Notes: generated by a model not told the origin, from the sequence alone. A DNA stretch of 64,000 nucleotides from Pelobacteraceae bacterium (GCA_041675485.1 JBAYTT010000001.1:8666-72665), one strand, 5' to 3'; numbered from the stretch's first letter, positions 37,264-48,221 are shown. Program-made: numbers and translations.

Positions 37264-38706
37264 GTGGAAGGGGTTCTTGTGAGCAATCTGTTATTAATCA
37301 CTGATGTGGCACGCCTTCGTAAGATTTTCGGCCGCCTGACCGAAGACAAAAACATCCGTCTTCGTGTCGTCAACAACCTTGAAAAAGGTGGCGAAGAGAT
37401 CGCTATCGAAAAGCCGGATGTTGTGTTTGTTCAGACCCACCTGTCCGGACTGTCAGCCGAGATTTTGCTCATGCACCTGAAAAAGCAGTTGGGACGCAAG
37501 CGCTCGCGCTTTGTACTGCTGGCTTCTCCCGGCCAGACGAACGACACGATACTGAAACAATACCAGGGATGGCTCGACACCTCCGCAGAAGACAGTACGC
37601 TGCTCTCCGACCTGCAACAACTAATCGTCACTCTTCTGAGCAAACCGAAGAAGGGCGAGGAACCAACTGCAACGGAACAGGTTTCAGCATCCGATACCAA
37701 ATCGCAACCGGTAAGCAACCCCGAATCTTCTGCTCTCCTCGATCATCCTGCGGCATCGGAGGAACCCTCACAGCAGCACGTCACGACAGAACTGCAGTTT
37801 CCCGTTTCCGCCTTACCGGCTACCGAACCCTCGTTGGAAGAGCAGGGAATCACCTACGCTCCGCGGCAGCGCCTAAAAGTATATTCCGAATTCAACAGCT
37901 CCTTTGACAGCGCTGTCAGCAGCACACCCGAACCAGAAACGCTCGAGCAGGCGACCCCGGTCGAGGCCCATGACTGGAATGCCGAGAACATCGACACCAT
38001 TGAAACAAAGCCGGCCCGATCGAAACGAGGCTCCTTTCTGCTCTGGTTGGCACCGGTTATCGTCGCGGTAGTTGTCATTACGTACTTTCAGCAGCGAAGA
38101 GCAACTCCCAAGGCGGAACAGGCTTCAGTCAAGGCGTCACCAACCGCCGTGGCAAAACCTGCTGCTCCGGTATCACCTCCAAACGCTTCCGTACCAGTAC
38201 CGGCCAAAGCTCCCACCGTGGCACCTCCCGCAACTCCGGCAACCGCAGCCCCCCAGGATCAGGACCGGATGAGCGACAAAGCCGTGCTGAATGCCATTGC
38301 CGAGAACCGCGGGCCGAAGAGTCCAGCCCCTGCAGCATCTTCGGGGACGCGACCGACCAGCCTGCCTGATTTTATCCCCCGCTACGGCTTTGACAAACAA
38401 TTCGGCACTGCCAATCCGGGATGGGAACGCTACAAGGGACAGGTAACTGAATTTAAAGTACTGCGCGAAGGCCAGGCCATCAAGGCCATTCAGGTAATTG
38501 ATCGGGGCGGGAATGGTGTACCGGAATCATTCATGAAAGGTGTACTGCGACAGGTTACGAAAAAACCGTCCCTTGGCATCGACTCTTCCGAGAAAAAAGA
38601 GGGGTACGAGATTCAACGCGGTCGTATTTCGGATAATATCAAGGTAGTGTATTACCGTGACGAGAATGGCGGAAAGTTGCGGGCTTTTGTACTGACGTGG
38701 CAATAA
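37264..38706 (+). CDS. hypothetical membrane protein with N-terminal receiver-like (pseudo-receiver) fold and a Pro/Ala-rich linker
   Basis: GTG start. LLLITDV...DVVFVQTHLSG has a receiver-like layout but Gln-Thr-His at the phospho-acceptor position. One TM helix (FLLWLAPVIVAVVVITYF), then a PA-rich stretch and a C-terminal globular domain. Confidence 0.65.
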   Translation: MEGVLVSNLLLITDVARLRKIFGRLTEDKNIRLRVVNNLEKGGEEIAIEKPDVVFVQTHLSGLSAEILLMHLKKQLGRKRSRFVLLASPGQTNDTILKQYQGWLDTSAEDSTLLSDLQQLIVTLLSKPKKGEEPTATEQVSASDTKSQPVSNPESSALLDHPAASEEPSQQHVTTELQFPVSALPATEPSLEEQGITYAPRQRLKVYSEFNSSFDSAVSSTPEPETLEQATPVEAHDWNAENIDTIETKPARSKRGSFLLWLAPVIVAVVVITYFQQRRATPKAEQASVKASPTAVAKPAAPVSPPNASVPVPAKAPTVAPPATPATAAPQDQDRMSDKAVLNAIAENRGPKSPAPAASSGTRPTSLPDFIPRYGFDKQFGTANPGWERYKGQVTEFKVLREGQAIKAIQVIDRGGNGVPESFMKGVLRQVTKKPSLGIDSSEKKEGYEIQRGRISDNIKVVYYRDENGGKLRAFVLTWQ

Positions 38707-38767
38707 ATTCCGAGCACATGATAGCGAGCTGCATTTATATGATATTTATTGCCATATCCGGATCCAT

Positions 38768-38810
38768 AAAAAAAAGGGTTCCCGGCAGTTGCTGGAAACC
38801 CTTGATTTTT
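38768..38810. terminator. bidirectional hairpin terminator (serves 37264-38706 and tRNA-Leu)
   Basis: A8-GGGTTCCC...GGAAACCC-TTGATTTTTT, with T-runs on both strands. Confidence 0.55.
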
Positions 38811-38897
38811 TGGTGCCCGGGACTAGACTCGAACTAGCACACCCTTGCGAGCACAAGAACCTGAATCTTGCGTGTCTACCAATTTCACCACCCGGGC
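38811..38897 (-). tRNA. tRNA-Leu (anticodon CAG)
   Basis: GCCCGGGTGGTGAAATTGGTAGACACGCAAGATTCAGGTTCTTGTGCTCGCAAGGGTGTGCTAGTTCGAGTCTAGTCCCGGGCACCA; long variable arm and encoded CCA. Confidence 0.95.
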
Positions 38898-39046
38898 GAG
38901 TGAATTGATTTCATACCATCTCCATTTTTATATTGCAAGCACAAAAAAACATACTCAGCCAAAAACGCCCTAAATACTTGACAATTAGGCATATGAAGTG
39001 ATATCAGAAGTGTTCACATTTTCAGATATCTTTCGGAGGAAACATC

Positions 39047-39460
39047 ATGGAACGTACATTCGCAATCATCAAGCCGGATGCAGTCGAGCGTAAACTGGCT
39101 GGCCAAATCCTGGCACGAATCGAAGAAAAAGGATTCAACATTGTCGGTATGAAAAAGATCCAGCTGACAAAAAAACAGGCTGAAGGTTTCTACTATGTGC
39201 ACAGTGCGCGCCCCTTCTTCAACGACCTCTGCGCATTCATGTCCCGCAGTCCGGTGATCGTGCTCTGTCTTGAAAAAGAAAACGCCATCGCTGACTGGCG
39301 TACCCTGATGGGCGCTACAAACCCTGCCAACGCTGAGCCTGGCACCATCCGCAAGGATTTTGCCGTCAATATCGAGGAAAACTCCTCGCACGGTTCCGAC
39401 GCACCTGAAACCGCCGCTTTTGAAATTCCGTATTTCTTCAGCGCTCTTGAACTGGTATAA
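39047..39460 (+). CDS. ndk: nucleoside diphosphate kinase
   Basis: [13 protein letters not shown]...NSSHGSD. Confidence 0.97.
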   Translation: MERTFAIIKPDAVERKLAGQILARIEEKGFNIVGMKKIQLTKKQAEGFYYVHSARPFFNDLCAFMSRSPVIVLCLEKENAIADWRTLMGATNPANAEPGTIRKDFAVNIEENSSHGSDAPETAAFEIPYFFSALELV

Positions 39461-39483
39461 TCGGCTTCCGTATCTGACTGGAC

Positions 39484-39516
39484 AAAAAAAGGCTCCGCAA
39501 CTGCGGAGCCTTTTTT
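39484..39516. terminator. bidirectional intrinsic terminator between ndk and cobA-hemD
   Basis: AAAAAAA-GGCTCCGCAACTGCGGAGCC-TTTTTT. Confidence 0.8.
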
Positions 39517-39540
39517 ACATCCATAAAATGATAAAGAACG

Positions 39541-41058
39541 TTATTTAAAGTGAGCCTCCAGCGCCTCTGTCAGAGAATCAAGGGTGGAAGACGCTGGTTC
39601 AATATCAACTCTCAACCCCAGGTCACGACAGCTTTTTGAGGTAATCGAACCGATTGACGCAACGGCAACCCCTTTAAGCATGTCCAGCATCAACTCTTCA
39701 CCCAGCATGGCAGCCAAATTTTGCACTGTAGACGACGAAGTGAAGGTAATACAGTCAACCGAGCGTTTTTCAAGAGCAAAGAGCGTCTCGGGGGGAAGCC
39801 GTTCCGGAAAGATGTTCCGATAAGCCACCGGACTGTCCACATGCGCACCCATCCGCTTCAGCTCGCGCGGTATAACGTCACGTGTCTTTTCGGCGCGAGG
39901 GAAAAGAACCCGACTGCCCTGCATATCCAGACGGGAGAATTCGTCAACAATGCCTTCGGCCTTATAGTCGGTTGGCACCAGGTCCGGCTTTATACCAAAC
40001 GCGCGTATCTCGTCGGCGGTCTTCGGGCCGACAACACAAATTTTGCACCCCCCCAAGGCTCTCGCATCGAGTCCCAGCGTATACAGCCGCTGAAAAAAGT
40101 ACCGGACCGCATTTGCCGATGTCAGGACTAGCCAGTCATAACCCGGCAATTCCCGAATAGCCAGGTCGACCAACTGCCAGCTCTCCGGTTCCACGAGGCG
40201 GATAGTAGGACATTCCAGTACCGTTGCCCCCCGTGCGGTCAGCTTGGCGGAAAACTCGCCGGCCTGTTCGGCGGCACGAGTGACGATGATTTTCTTTCCG
40301 CAGAGCGTACGCGTATCAAACCATTGCAGTTTTTCCCGCAGAGCCACTACTTCACCAACAATCGTAACCGCGGGCGGCTTGAAGTCGCATTCTTCCGCCC
40401 GGTCGGCAATATCAGCCAATGTCCCGACCAGTACCTGCTGGCACGGGGTGGTGGCCCAGCGTACTAATGCCACCGGAGTCGCAGCTGACCTGCCATGCTC
40501 AATCATGCGCTGCATATTGCGCCGCAAGGTGGTGATTCCCATATAAAACACCACCGTACCGCCCCCTAATGAAAGACGGTCCCAGTCGATGTTCGACTCA
40601 TGCTTGTCTTTCCCTTCCTGGCCGGTAACAAACGCCACCGAAGCGGTGATATCCCTATGGGTAAGCGGGATGCCGGAGTATGCTGAGGCTCCGACAGCGG
40701 CGGTCACTCCGGGTACAACCTCAAAAGGAATGCCGGCGTCACGCAGTGCCTCGCACTCTTCCCCGCCACGGCCGAATACAAAGGGATCGCCCCCCTTCAG
40801 GCGCACAACGATCTTTCCTGCCGCAGCTTTTGCGACCAAGAGGGTGTTTATCTCGTCCTGTCCCTGATTGTGCCGTCCACCGATTTTACCCGCATAAATG
40901 CGCTCTGCGGTTTCGGGAGCGTGACACAGCAACTGCTCATTCGCCAGATAGTCATAGACCACCACATCGGCTTTATTCAAACATTCCACACCGCGCAGAG
41001 TAATCAACGATGGGTCTCCGGGACCGGCACCCACCAGATATACTGTTCCGCTACTCAC
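39541..41058 (-). CDS. cobA-hemD: bifunctional uroporphyrinogen-III C-methyltransferase / uroporphyrinogen-III synthase
   Basis: VYLVGAGPGDPSLITLRG...GGDPFVFGRGGEE (SUMT) followed by a HemD-like C-terminal half. Start set at the in-frame GTG at 41058 (8-nt overlap with hemC) instead of the 551-aa ORF-track start. Confidence 0.88.
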   Translation of the reverse strand: MSSGTVYLVGAGPGDPSLITLRGVECLNKADVVVYDYLANEQLLCHAPETAERIYAGKIGGRHNQGQDEINTLLVAKAAAGKIVVRLKGGDPFVFGRGGEECEALRDAGIPFEVVPGVTAAVGASAYSGIPLTHRDITASVAFVTGQEGKDKHESNIDWDRLSLGGGTVVFYMGITTLRRNMQRMIEHGRSAATPVALVRWATTPCQQVLVGTLADIADRAEECDFKPPAVTIVGEVVALREKLQWFDTRTLCGKKIIVTRAAEQAGEFSAKLTARGATVLECPTIRLVEPESWQLVDLAIRELPGYDWLVLTSANAVRYFFQRLYTLGLDARALGGCKICVVGPKTADEIRAFGIKPDLVPTDYKAEGIVDEFSRLDMQGSRVLFPRAEKTRDVIPRELKRMGAHVDSPVAYRNIFPERLPPETLFALEKRSVDCITFTSSSTVQNLAAMLGEELMLDMLKGVAVASIGSITSKSCRDLGLRVDIEPASSTLDSLTEALEAHFK

Positions 41059-41989
41059 CGATCGACCTCTGGTATACTTCTTCCAGAATTGCCTTGCCCC
41101 CTTCCGCCAGCAACTGATCCGCAAGGCGGATGCCCAATTGTTCACAATCAGCAACCGGACCGCTGAGTTCGCCGCGCACGGAACGTTGTCCATCAACGGC
41201 AGCTATAAAACCGACCAGCCGCAGCGTGCCGTTGCTGACTGTTCCATGTGCCGCTATCGGCACCTGGCAGCCCCCCTCGCAGCGCTTGAGAAGGGCACGT
41301 TCAGCGCGAACCGCGTAACTGGTTTCCGCATGGTTAAAAAATGCAATCGTTTCGGTTATGACCGGATCAGCCAGGCGGCATTCAATCCCCAAAGCACCCT
41401 GGCCGATGGCCGGAATGGAGAGGTCGGTATCCAGGTATTCTCCAACACTGTCGGTAAATCCAAGACGTTTTAGACCGGCGGCAGCCAGTATGACGGCATC
41501 CAGATTGTCTTCGGTAAGTTTTCTGATGCGGGTTTCAACGTTGCCACGAATGATGCACATCTGCAGATCGGGGCGCACTTTCAGGAGCTGGGCCTGACGG
41601 CGGAGGGCACTGGTGCCGATGCGGGCTCCCTGCGGCAGATCGGCAAACTTCAGATTACGGGAGATCACGGCATCACGCGGGTCTTCCCGTTCGGTAATGC
41701 AGTGCAGCCCCAACCCTTCCGGGAAGTCGGTCGGTACGTCCTTCATGCTGTGGACGGCGATATCTATTTCTCCCCGGAGCATGGCTTCTTCGATCTCCTT
41801 GACAAACAACCCTTTGCCGCCTACCTGCGCCAGAGGCACATCAAGAATCTTGTCGCCGATCGTCTTGATCTTGGTCAAAGTGACTTCCATGCCCGGATAA
41901 CGTTTCTCAAGTTCTGACTTGACCCAGTTGGCCTGCCAGAGAGCCAGTTGACTGGCACGGGTTCCGATACGTAATGTTTTGGGGGTCAT
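41051..41989 (-). CDS. hemC: hydroxymethylbilane synthase (porphobilinogen deaminase)
   Basis: LRIGTRASQLALWQA...RGNVETR... Confidence 0.95.
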   Translation of the reverse strand: MTPKTLRIGTRASQLALWQANWVKSELEKRYPGMEVTLTKIKTIGDKILDVPLAQVGGKGLFVKEIEEAMLRGEIDIAVHSMKDVPTDFPEGLGLHCITEREDPRDAVISRNLKFADLPQGARIGTSALRRQAQLLKVRPDLQMCIIRGNVETRIRKLTEDNLDAVILAAAGLKRLGFTDSVGEYLDTDLSIPAIGQGALGIECRLADPVITETIAFFNHAETSYAVRAERALLKRCEGGCQVPIAAHGTVSNGTLRLVGFIAAVDGQRSVRGELSGPVADCEQLGIRLADQLLAEGGKAILEEVYQRSIGE

Positions 41990-42018
41990 AATGTCTCCGT
42001 GTATGAAATGTATTGATT

Positions 42019-42711
42019 CTAAAGTATAACCGGTACTCGTTCTGTAAGCCTGATTTCGTCCGAGGTTACCAAAGCCCGGTAGGCCAGTGCTTCTACACCA
42101 TTATCCACTGCCAGCCGCAGGAGGCGCCCATATTCCGGATCAATCAAATCTGCCGGTGAGACCGAGTTGCCATCGCCTCGCTGGACGGTGAAAAAAATCA
42201 CACCGCGATCGCCTTCACGTACCACCCGCATCAGTTCCTGCAAATGCTTCTGACCGCGAGTTGTCACGGCATCCGGGAACAGCGCCCGTCCATTCTCGAC
42301 TAACGTAACATTTTTGACTTCAACAAAACAGCGCCCGGTTGTACCTTCCAGCAGCAAATCAATGCGACTGTGTTCACCGTAGGGCACTTCGGGACGGATG
42401 GATGCATATCCTTGCAACTCCGTCACCGTACCATTCTCGATTGCCTCACGCGTCAAATGATTAGGCAATCCGGTGTTGATGCCTGCCCAGAAACCGTCCG
42501 CCTCGACCAGTTCCCAGCCGAGAGGATATTTTCGCTTCAGGTTGGAACTGCGCGAAAGAAATACGCGGCTACCGGGAGCAGCACATCCCTTCATGCTTCC
42601 CGAGTTCGGACAGTGGACCGTAACGACACTACCATCTTCCAGCACCACATCTGCCAGGAAACGCTTATATCGCTTGACCAGCGTACCGGCAACCAGCGGA
42701 GGCAGACGCAC
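42019..42711 (-). CDS. sfsA: sugar fermentation stimulation protein homologue
   Basis: GTLVKRYKRFLADV...HCPNSGSM... Confidence 0.9.
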   Translation of the reverse strand: MRLPPLVAGTLVKRYKRFLADVVLEDGSVVTVHCPNSGSMKGCAAPGSRVFLSRSSNLKRKYPLGWELVEADGFWAGINTGLPNHLTREAIENGTVTELQGYASIRPEVPYGEHSRIDLLLEGTTGRCFVEVKNVTLVENGRALFPDAVTTRGQKHLQELMRVVREGDRGVIFFTVQRGDGNSVSPADLIDPEYGRLLRLAVDNGVEALAYRALVTSDEIRLTERVPVIL

Positions 42712-44012
42712 TACTCTTCCAACTCCAACTCTTCATCATCACGCTGCAGCGCTTCAAGCCCAAACAGCTGGCGCAAGGCGTCGATATACAGATCAACCCT
42801 TCCCCCCTGACCGGACTGCTTGAGGGCAGACGTGGGAGCGTGGAGGAGCTTGTTCATCATCGCAAGCGTAAGAGCTTCCATCCGCTTCTCGGCATCAGGC
42901 GGCAATTCCTTCCAGCCGGCTATGGTCTTGTCCAGCTCTGCCCGACGGATTTCATCAAAGTGGTTACGCAAAGCAACAATGGTCGGAGTCACTTCCAGCG
43001 TCGAAAGCCATTTGTGAAACTGGCCGATTTCCTGCTCAATGATCTCCTCGGCTTTTTCAGCCTCCAAACTGCGCTGGGCAAGATTGGCCTGAACTATTTC
43101 CTGCAGATGATCGACGGTAAAGAGGTAGGCATTTTCGACATCGTCAACCTTGGGGTCGATATCGCGCGGCACGGCGATATCAATGAAAAAAATCGGTTTG
43201 AACCGGCGCCGTTTGATGACCTCTACGGCATCCTTCGGCCCGATGATGCAGTGCGGGGCTCCGGTGGATGACAATACGATATCGGCGCGATGGAGATGTT
43301 CAAGGAACGACTCGAAAGGAACAGCCTCTCCGCCAAACTCTTCCGCCAGACGTTCTGCCCGCTCGAAGGTACGGTTGGTTACCATAACCCCCTTCGCGCC
43401 GCTGTTCAGAAAGTGCTTGGCAGCCAGTTCGCACATTTCACCAGCGCCGATCAGCATAACCGTCTTATCGGAAAGGTCCCCAAGAATTTTTTTGGCCAGT
43501 TCCACGGCGGCAAACGCGACGGATACGGCGGAAGAAGCTATTTTTGTTTCGGTTCGCACCCGTTTGGCAACCGAAAACGCCTTGTGTAGAAAACGGTTGA
43601 GAATAATTCCCGAAGATTTGAATTCAGCGGCATAGCCGTAGGAGGTTTTGATCTGTCCCAGAATCTGAGGCTCGCCCACAACCATCGAATCAAGACTGGA
43701 AGCAACCCGGAATACATGACGGATAGCAGACTCGGCATGATAGCTATAGAGGTGAGGTTCGATCGCTTCAAATTGCAAGTGATGATATTCAGCCATAAAC
43801 CGCTTTATACGGGCTATGCCGCCGGCAATATCACGGGTTGTGGCATAAATTTCAACCCGATTGCAGGTAGAGACAATTACCCCCTCGATAATGCCCTCTA
43901 GCTTGAGCAATTCGCCCAAAGGTTTTTCGATTTGGTTGGGAGAAAAAGCCACTTTTTCACGAATCTCAACTGTAGCAGTTTTGTGAGAGAGGCCAACAAC
44001 GATGATATTCAT
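42711..44012 (-). CDS. hemA: glutamyl-tRNA reductase
   Basis: [23 protein letters not shown]...STCNRVEIY... Confidence 0.95.
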   Translation of the reverse strand: MNIIVVGLSHKTATVEIREKVAFSPNQIEKPLGELLKLEGIIEGVIVSTCNRVEIYATTRDIAGGIARIKRFMAEYHHLQFEAIEPHLYSYHAESAIRHVFRVASSLDSMVVGEPQILGQIKTSYGYAAEFKSSGIILNRFLHKAFSVAKRVRTETKIASSAVSVAFAAVELAKKILGDLSDKTVMLIGAGEMCELAAKHFLNSGAKGVMVTNRTFERAERLAEEFGGEAVPFESFLEHLHRADIVLSSTGAPHCIIGPKDAVEVIKRRRFKPIFFIDIAVPRDIDPKVDDVENAYLFTVDHLQEIVQANLAQRSLEAEKAEEIIEQEIGQFHKWLSTLEVTPTIVALRNHFDEIRRAELDKTIAGWKELPPDAEKRMEALTLAMMNKLLHAPTSALKQSGQGGRVDLYIDALRQLFGLEALQRDDEELELEE

Positions 44013-44058
44013 GATTGAGAACAGTCCAAGGATGATTTGTAAATTACTGGAAGCGGGG

Positions 44059-44859
44059 CTACCAGACGATACTGTGTTTCATGGCAAAAAAAGTGAACAA
44101 TACGACGATGAAGCCGAGTATTGAAAGAATGGCGGCCCGCTTTCCGCGCCAGCCGATGGTAAGTCGCCCATGCAGAAGCGCCGCATAGATAAGCCAGATG
44201 ACCAGCGACCAGGTCTGCTTGGGGTCCCATATCCAGTAGCTCCCCATAGCCTTTTCTGACCAGATGGAGCCGGATATGATCGCAACGGTCAATAACGGGA
44301 AACCGACTGTCAGGCAGCGATAACTGATCTCGTCCATTGTCTCAAGTGAAGGTAGTCTTTGGAACAGTGCACCAAGATGCTTCTTTTTGAGAAAATAACG
44401 CTGAATAAGATACACGACTGCAACTCCCGCCGCGATGGTGAAACAGGCATAACTGCCGAAAGCCAGTAGCGCGTGAAACCAGAACCAGTTACTCTGCAGA
44501 ACAGGCGAAAGCTGGCGGACCTCCGCATGTAACGAACTGGATGCAAGCAGCAACATTAAAGCGACGGGAATAATAAAAGAACCGAGCGTCGTCACTTTGT
44601 ATCTACGTTCAAAGAAAATAAAGGCGCCCACTATGGCGAGACTAAAAAATGACAACGATTCCTGCATGTTGGTGAGCGGAAGATATCTCATCTTGCTGGC
44701 CAGATGGATTGTTGAAAGCAGATGTGCAGTGAATCCGGCAACCAGTATGCGACCGGCCCAGCGTGTCAGCAATGGAGATGTACGCACCAGACAGGCAAGA
44801 TAAGCAGCGGTTGCACCACCGTATAACGCCACGGTCAGAAAGAAAAACAGATGTGTCAT
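44059..44859 (-). CDS. cytochrome c assembly (CcsA/HemX-type) membrane protein
   Basis: 8-TM pattern, a W-rich segment ([20 protein letters not shown]), and a position upstream of hemA. Confidence 0.8.
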   Translation of the reverse strand: MTHLFFFLTVALYGGATAAYLACLVRTSPLLTRWAGRILVAGFTAHLLSTIHLASKMRYLPLTNMQESLSFFSLAIVGAFIFFERRYKVTTLGSFIIPVALMLLLASSSLHAEVRQLSPVLQSNWFWFHALLAFGSYACFTIAAGVAVVYLIQRYFLKKKHLGALFQRLPSLETMDEISYRCLTVGFPLLTVAIISGSIWSEKAMGSYWIWDPKQTWSLVIWLIYAALLHGRLTIGWRGKRAAILSILGFIVVLFTFFAMKHSIVW

Positions 44860-45479
44860 GGCAATGATTCCTTGCGGTCAGTGTGCTCTGCAAGCAGTTT
44901 CGTGGCAAGCGAGCGTAAAACCTGACTATTGTAAGTGCTTGAACTCCCGTTCGTCAACAGCTTTTCTCGTTCTACAGCCAGCTGGTCAAGGATGGTTCCG
45001 TATTCTGTGCCGATAATACCGGCAATGCGATCCCTTACATCAGCGGCAAACGTCGGACAACGGCCACCGGTTGAAACCGCAATTTCAAGAGCGCCGCGGT
45101 GAAGAATTGCCGGAAAGGTACAGTCCCCCAGCCCAGGATTGTCGGCAACGGCAACAAGAATCCGCCGGGCACGCGCATCAGCGCACACTTGTTCGTTCAC
45201 AAGAATGTTGTCGGTGGCGGCAATCACCAGATGCGCATTGCTCAAATCAGATTCAACATAATTTCCAAGTTTTATCTCGAAGTCATTCGATTTTTTAAGA
45301 ATCGAAATTTCGGTACAAATAGCTAACGCCACCACCCTGACTAACGCGCCTGCTGCCAGCAGGGTACGGAGCTTCCGCAAGGCAACAGTGCCACCGCCGA
45401 CGATAACAGCATGCTTGCCCTCCATCCGTATGTTAAGTGCCAGCGTGGTCATGACCCGTTCTCCGTGAACCGGCATCAT
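44856..45479 (-). CDS. precorrin-2 dehydrogenase / sirohydrochlorin ferrochelatase-like (CysG N-domain, SirC/Met8 type)
   Basis: Rossmann motif [22 protein letters not shown]; ATGA overlap with the downstream gene. Start set at the ATG-ATG after GAGGAG. Confidence 0.8.
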   Translation of the reverse strand: MMPVHGERVMTTLALNIRMEGKHAVIVGGGTVALRKLRTLLAAGALVRVVALAICTEISILKKSNDFEIKLGNYVESDLSNAHLVIAATDNILVNEQVCADARARRILVAVADNPGLGDCTFPAILHRGALEIAVSTGGRCPTFAADVRDRIAGIIGTEYGTILDQLAVEREKLLTNGSSSTYNSQVLRSLATKLLAEHTDRKESLP

Positions 45480-45596
45480 ACTCTCCTCTTGCTTCCTTTT
45501 CAACGATATGCATCAACCGAGTTTGCTCTTGATTTTTTCAGTGTCTGGTATATCATCCTGAGAAAGCAACCATGCACTCAAAGGAGAACTAAACAG

Positions 45597-45926
45597 ATGG
45601 CCAGTGAAAATGTCCTCGCATTTACCGATGCAAATTTTGACCGAGAGGTGTTGCAGTCCGACATCCCGGTTCTCGTTGATTTTTGGGCAACATGGTGCGC
45701 CCCCTGCAAAGCAATTGCACCTCTAATTGAAACCATTGCAGATGAATATGCCGGTAAAGTGAAAATCGGCAAAGTCAACGTCGATGAGAACCAGGCGACC
45801 CCGGGCAAATATGGAGTTCGGGGTATCCCTACCATAATTTTATTCAAGAACGGTGCAGTACTCGATCAAGTTGTCGGAGCTGTTCCGAAATCTCAGCTTG
45901 ATGCGTTGATTGCCAAAGCGCTTTAA
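45597..45926 (+). CDS. trxA: thioredoxin
   Basis: [14 protein letters not shown]; AAGGAG RBS. The ORF-track N-terminal extension is rejected. Confidence 0.95.
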   Translation: MASENVLAFTDANFDREVLQSDIPVLVDFWATWCAPCKAIAPLIETIADEYAGKVKIGKVNVDENQATPGKYGVRGIPTIILFKNGAVLDQVVGAVPKSQLDALIAKAL

Positions 45927-45932
45927 GGGCAA

Positions 45933-46451
45933 ATGAGCTTCGTATCACCTCTTATCAGAGTACTGCTGGTCACCATAGCCGCATCATTCCTGGCCGCGCC
46001 CGGTCCGTCTGATGCGGCTCCTCGACCGGGACAGCCGGTTCCGAACTTCAAAGTTATTTCCACCACAGGTCAAACCATCTCCATGGGAAACTATCATGGA
46101 CATGTACTTATTCTTGATTTTTTTGCCACCTGGTGCCAGCCATGCCGCCAATCGATACCTCATTTGGTTGAGTTGAACCGCAAATATGGCAAACAGGGTC
46201 TCCAGATACTCGGACTGAGTGTAGACGAGGATGGCGAGCGGGTGGTCAAAACCTTTACCGAGGAGTTCCGGGTAAATTATCCACTTGCATTGGCAGGAGA
46301 TGCGACCACGGTTGATTTTGGCATCAGGTCGGTGCCAATCATGTATCTGGTCGATAAAAAAGGAACAATTGTAGATGTATATCGTGGTTATTCCGGTGAA
46401 ATGATCCGCTCGCTGGAACAGTCAATCAAGCGTCTACTGGCGGAGAAGTAA
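45933..46451 (+). CDS. periplasmic thiol:disulfide oxidoreductase (TlpA/ResA-like redoxin)
   Basis: Signal peptide; FFATWCQPC active site. Confidence 0.85.
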   Translation: MSFVSPLIRVLLVTIAASFLAAPGPSDAAPRPGQPVPNFKVISTTGQTISMGNYHGHVLILDFFATWCQPCRQSIPHLVELNRKYGKQGLQILGLSVDEDGERVVKTFTEEFRVNYPLALAGDATTVDFGIRSVPIMYLVDKKGTIVDVYRGYSGEMIRSLEQSIKRLLAEK

Positions 46452-47193
46452 ATTCCTCGGGATACACTACCTGGATCAGACATAAACCGCAGGCCGGAGC
46501 TGTACTGCCGGCCTCTTTTCTATCCCCGCTTTCCAGTAGTCTGTCTATATCTGATGGTGTAAAGCGCCCCTTTCCTACGTCAACAAGTGTACCGACCATC
46601 ACACGCACCATGTTTTTCAGGAATCCTCCCCCAGTAACATCAATGGAAATGCGAACACCCATTCGAGTTATCTTGACAGAGTCTATCCGCCTGACAGTAG
46701 TCTTTGCGACACAATTTGAGGCACGAAACGCAGCAAAATCGTGGATTCCTATAAAACGGCGAGCGGCCTCTTCCATTACGGCAATATCAAGCGGCTCCCG
46801 AACCTGCCAACTGTATAACCGGTCGAGTGGTGAACGAACTGCGGAATTGATAATGGTATACCGATACTGCTTGGCATATGCCATGGTAATCGGCTTGAAA
46901 TCTTCTGCCACAAAGCGGGCATCCTGGATAGCAACATCGGCAGGAAGAAAACGGTTCGCTCCTTCCACAAAAGCTCTCAACGGCAGATTTCGGCTTGTCG
47001 TAAATGAGGCAGCCATGGCAAGGGCATGCACACCTGCGTCGGTTCTGCCAGAAGAACGTACCTGGACGCGCTCCTTAAGCAATTGCTCAAGTGCTTCCTC
47101 AACAACCTGCTGTACCGCCAAGCCGTTTGGCTGCACCTGCCAACCTGAATAGTTCGTGCCATCGTAAGATATTGTCACCAATACGGTTGGCAC
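46426..47193 (-). CDS. truA: tRNA pseudouridine(38-40) synthase
   Basis: ISYDGTNYSGWQVQPN...SGRTDAGVHA. Confidence 0.93.
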   Translation of the reverse strand: MPTVLVTISYDGTNYSGWQVQPNGLAVQQVVEEALEQLLKERVQVRSSGRTDAGVHALAMAASFTTSRNLPLRAFVEGANRFLPADVAIQDARFVAEDFKPITMAYAKQYRYTIINSAVRSPLDRLYSWQVREPLDIAVMEEAARRFIGIHDFAAFRASNCVAKTTVRRIDSVKITRMGVRISIDVTGGGFLKNMVRVMVGTLVDVGKGRFTPSDIDRLLESGDRKEAGSTAPACGLCLIQVVYPEEFTSPPVDA

Positions 47194-47194
47194 G

Positions 47195-48085
47195 CTAGCG
47201 CTCGGACTGTTCTGAAGCTTGAGCGATCAATCCATCCAGTTCATCAGCTCCCAGAGTGTATGTTTTACGGCAGAATTCGCAGGTTACTTCAGCACCGCTA
47301 TCCTTCGTCCTCATATCCCGCAATTCCTCACTCCCAAGAGTAAGCAGAGCCCGCTCTACCTTTTCCTGCCCGCAACCGCATCGAAAAAAAATATCATGGG
47401 ATTCAAGAACGGTATAGGGAATATCGCCAAATAGCTCACGAATGACCCCTTCCGCCCCTCCATCTTCAAGCATCCTGGACAAAGCAGGCAATCCTGCAAT
47501 CCGCGCCATTATTTTTTCAATCTCACCTTCATCTGCCTTCGGCAATGCCTGGATCAGAAAACCTCCGCAGATTACAACGTGTCCATCATCAGCAAGAGTT
47601 GCCCCCAGTCCGACCGCAGATGGGGTCTGCTCGGAATCGGTCAAATAATAGGCCAGATCTTCGCCTACCTCACTGCTGACCAATTGAACAACGCCTGGAT
47701 ACGGTCGCCCGCCAGCGCCGAGATCCTTGGAAACGGTCAGGAAGCCTGCCCTGCCGATCAAACCCGCCACATTCCATTTTCCATTAACCGGCTCAATAGT
47801 GGCGGAAGGATTGCCAACACAACCACGAACCGCTCCGTCACTGTCCGCTTCGATAATCATCTTGTGAAGCGGGCCATTTCCCTCAAATTTGAGCGCAGTC
47901 CTCTGGCCATCCTTGAGCAGGGCGCCCATCAGCGCTCCGCCCGCCAGCCCACGGGAAAGCGCGATGCTTGCAGGCGCCGAGGTCTGTTGAAGTGCACAGA
48001 CTTCTCGTGCAAGAACACTTGCGTTACACACAAGCACCCTGATGCCTCCTGACAGGCATAGTGCCCTAACTATCTGATCAGCCAT
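47195..48085 (-). CDS. hslO: redox-regulated chaperone Hsp33
   Basis: C-terminal zinc centre CGCGQEKV...CEFCRKTY. Confidence 0.93.
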   Translation of the reverse strand: MADQIVRALCLSGGIRVLVCNASVLAREVCALQQTSAPASIALSRGLAGGALMGALLKDGQRTALKFEGNGPLHKMIIEADSDGAVRGCVGNPSATIEPVNGKWNVAGLIGRAGFLTVSKDLGAGGRPYPGVVQLVSSEVGEDLAYYLTDSEQTPSAVGLGATLADDGHVVICGGFLIQALPKADEGEIEKIMARIAGLPALSRMLEDGGAEGVIRELFGDIPYTVLESHDIFFRCGCGQEKVERALLTLGSEELRDMRTKDSGAEVTCEFCRKTYTLGADELDGLIAQASEQSER

Positions 48086-48221
48086 TTTTGTGACCTCTTT
48101 TATGTTCGTTGGATGTATTAATTACGTGGTGTAGCCCGAATACAATTGGAAAATGCACCTATTCTGGCCATACGTTACGACTGCCAATACCGTAACAGCA
48201 CTATACTACTGCATCACGCAC

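Noticed and set aside
39541-41196. The 551-aa version of cobA-hemD starting at 41196. Similar N-terminal extensions appear for trxA (45411), the MCP (28420), leuB (37122), elbB (6375) and the M48 protease (5698).
   Set aside because: The extensions overlap the upstream gene or lack an RBS. Internal starts immediately precede the conserved N-termini and have SD sequences or ATGA/GTGA coupling.
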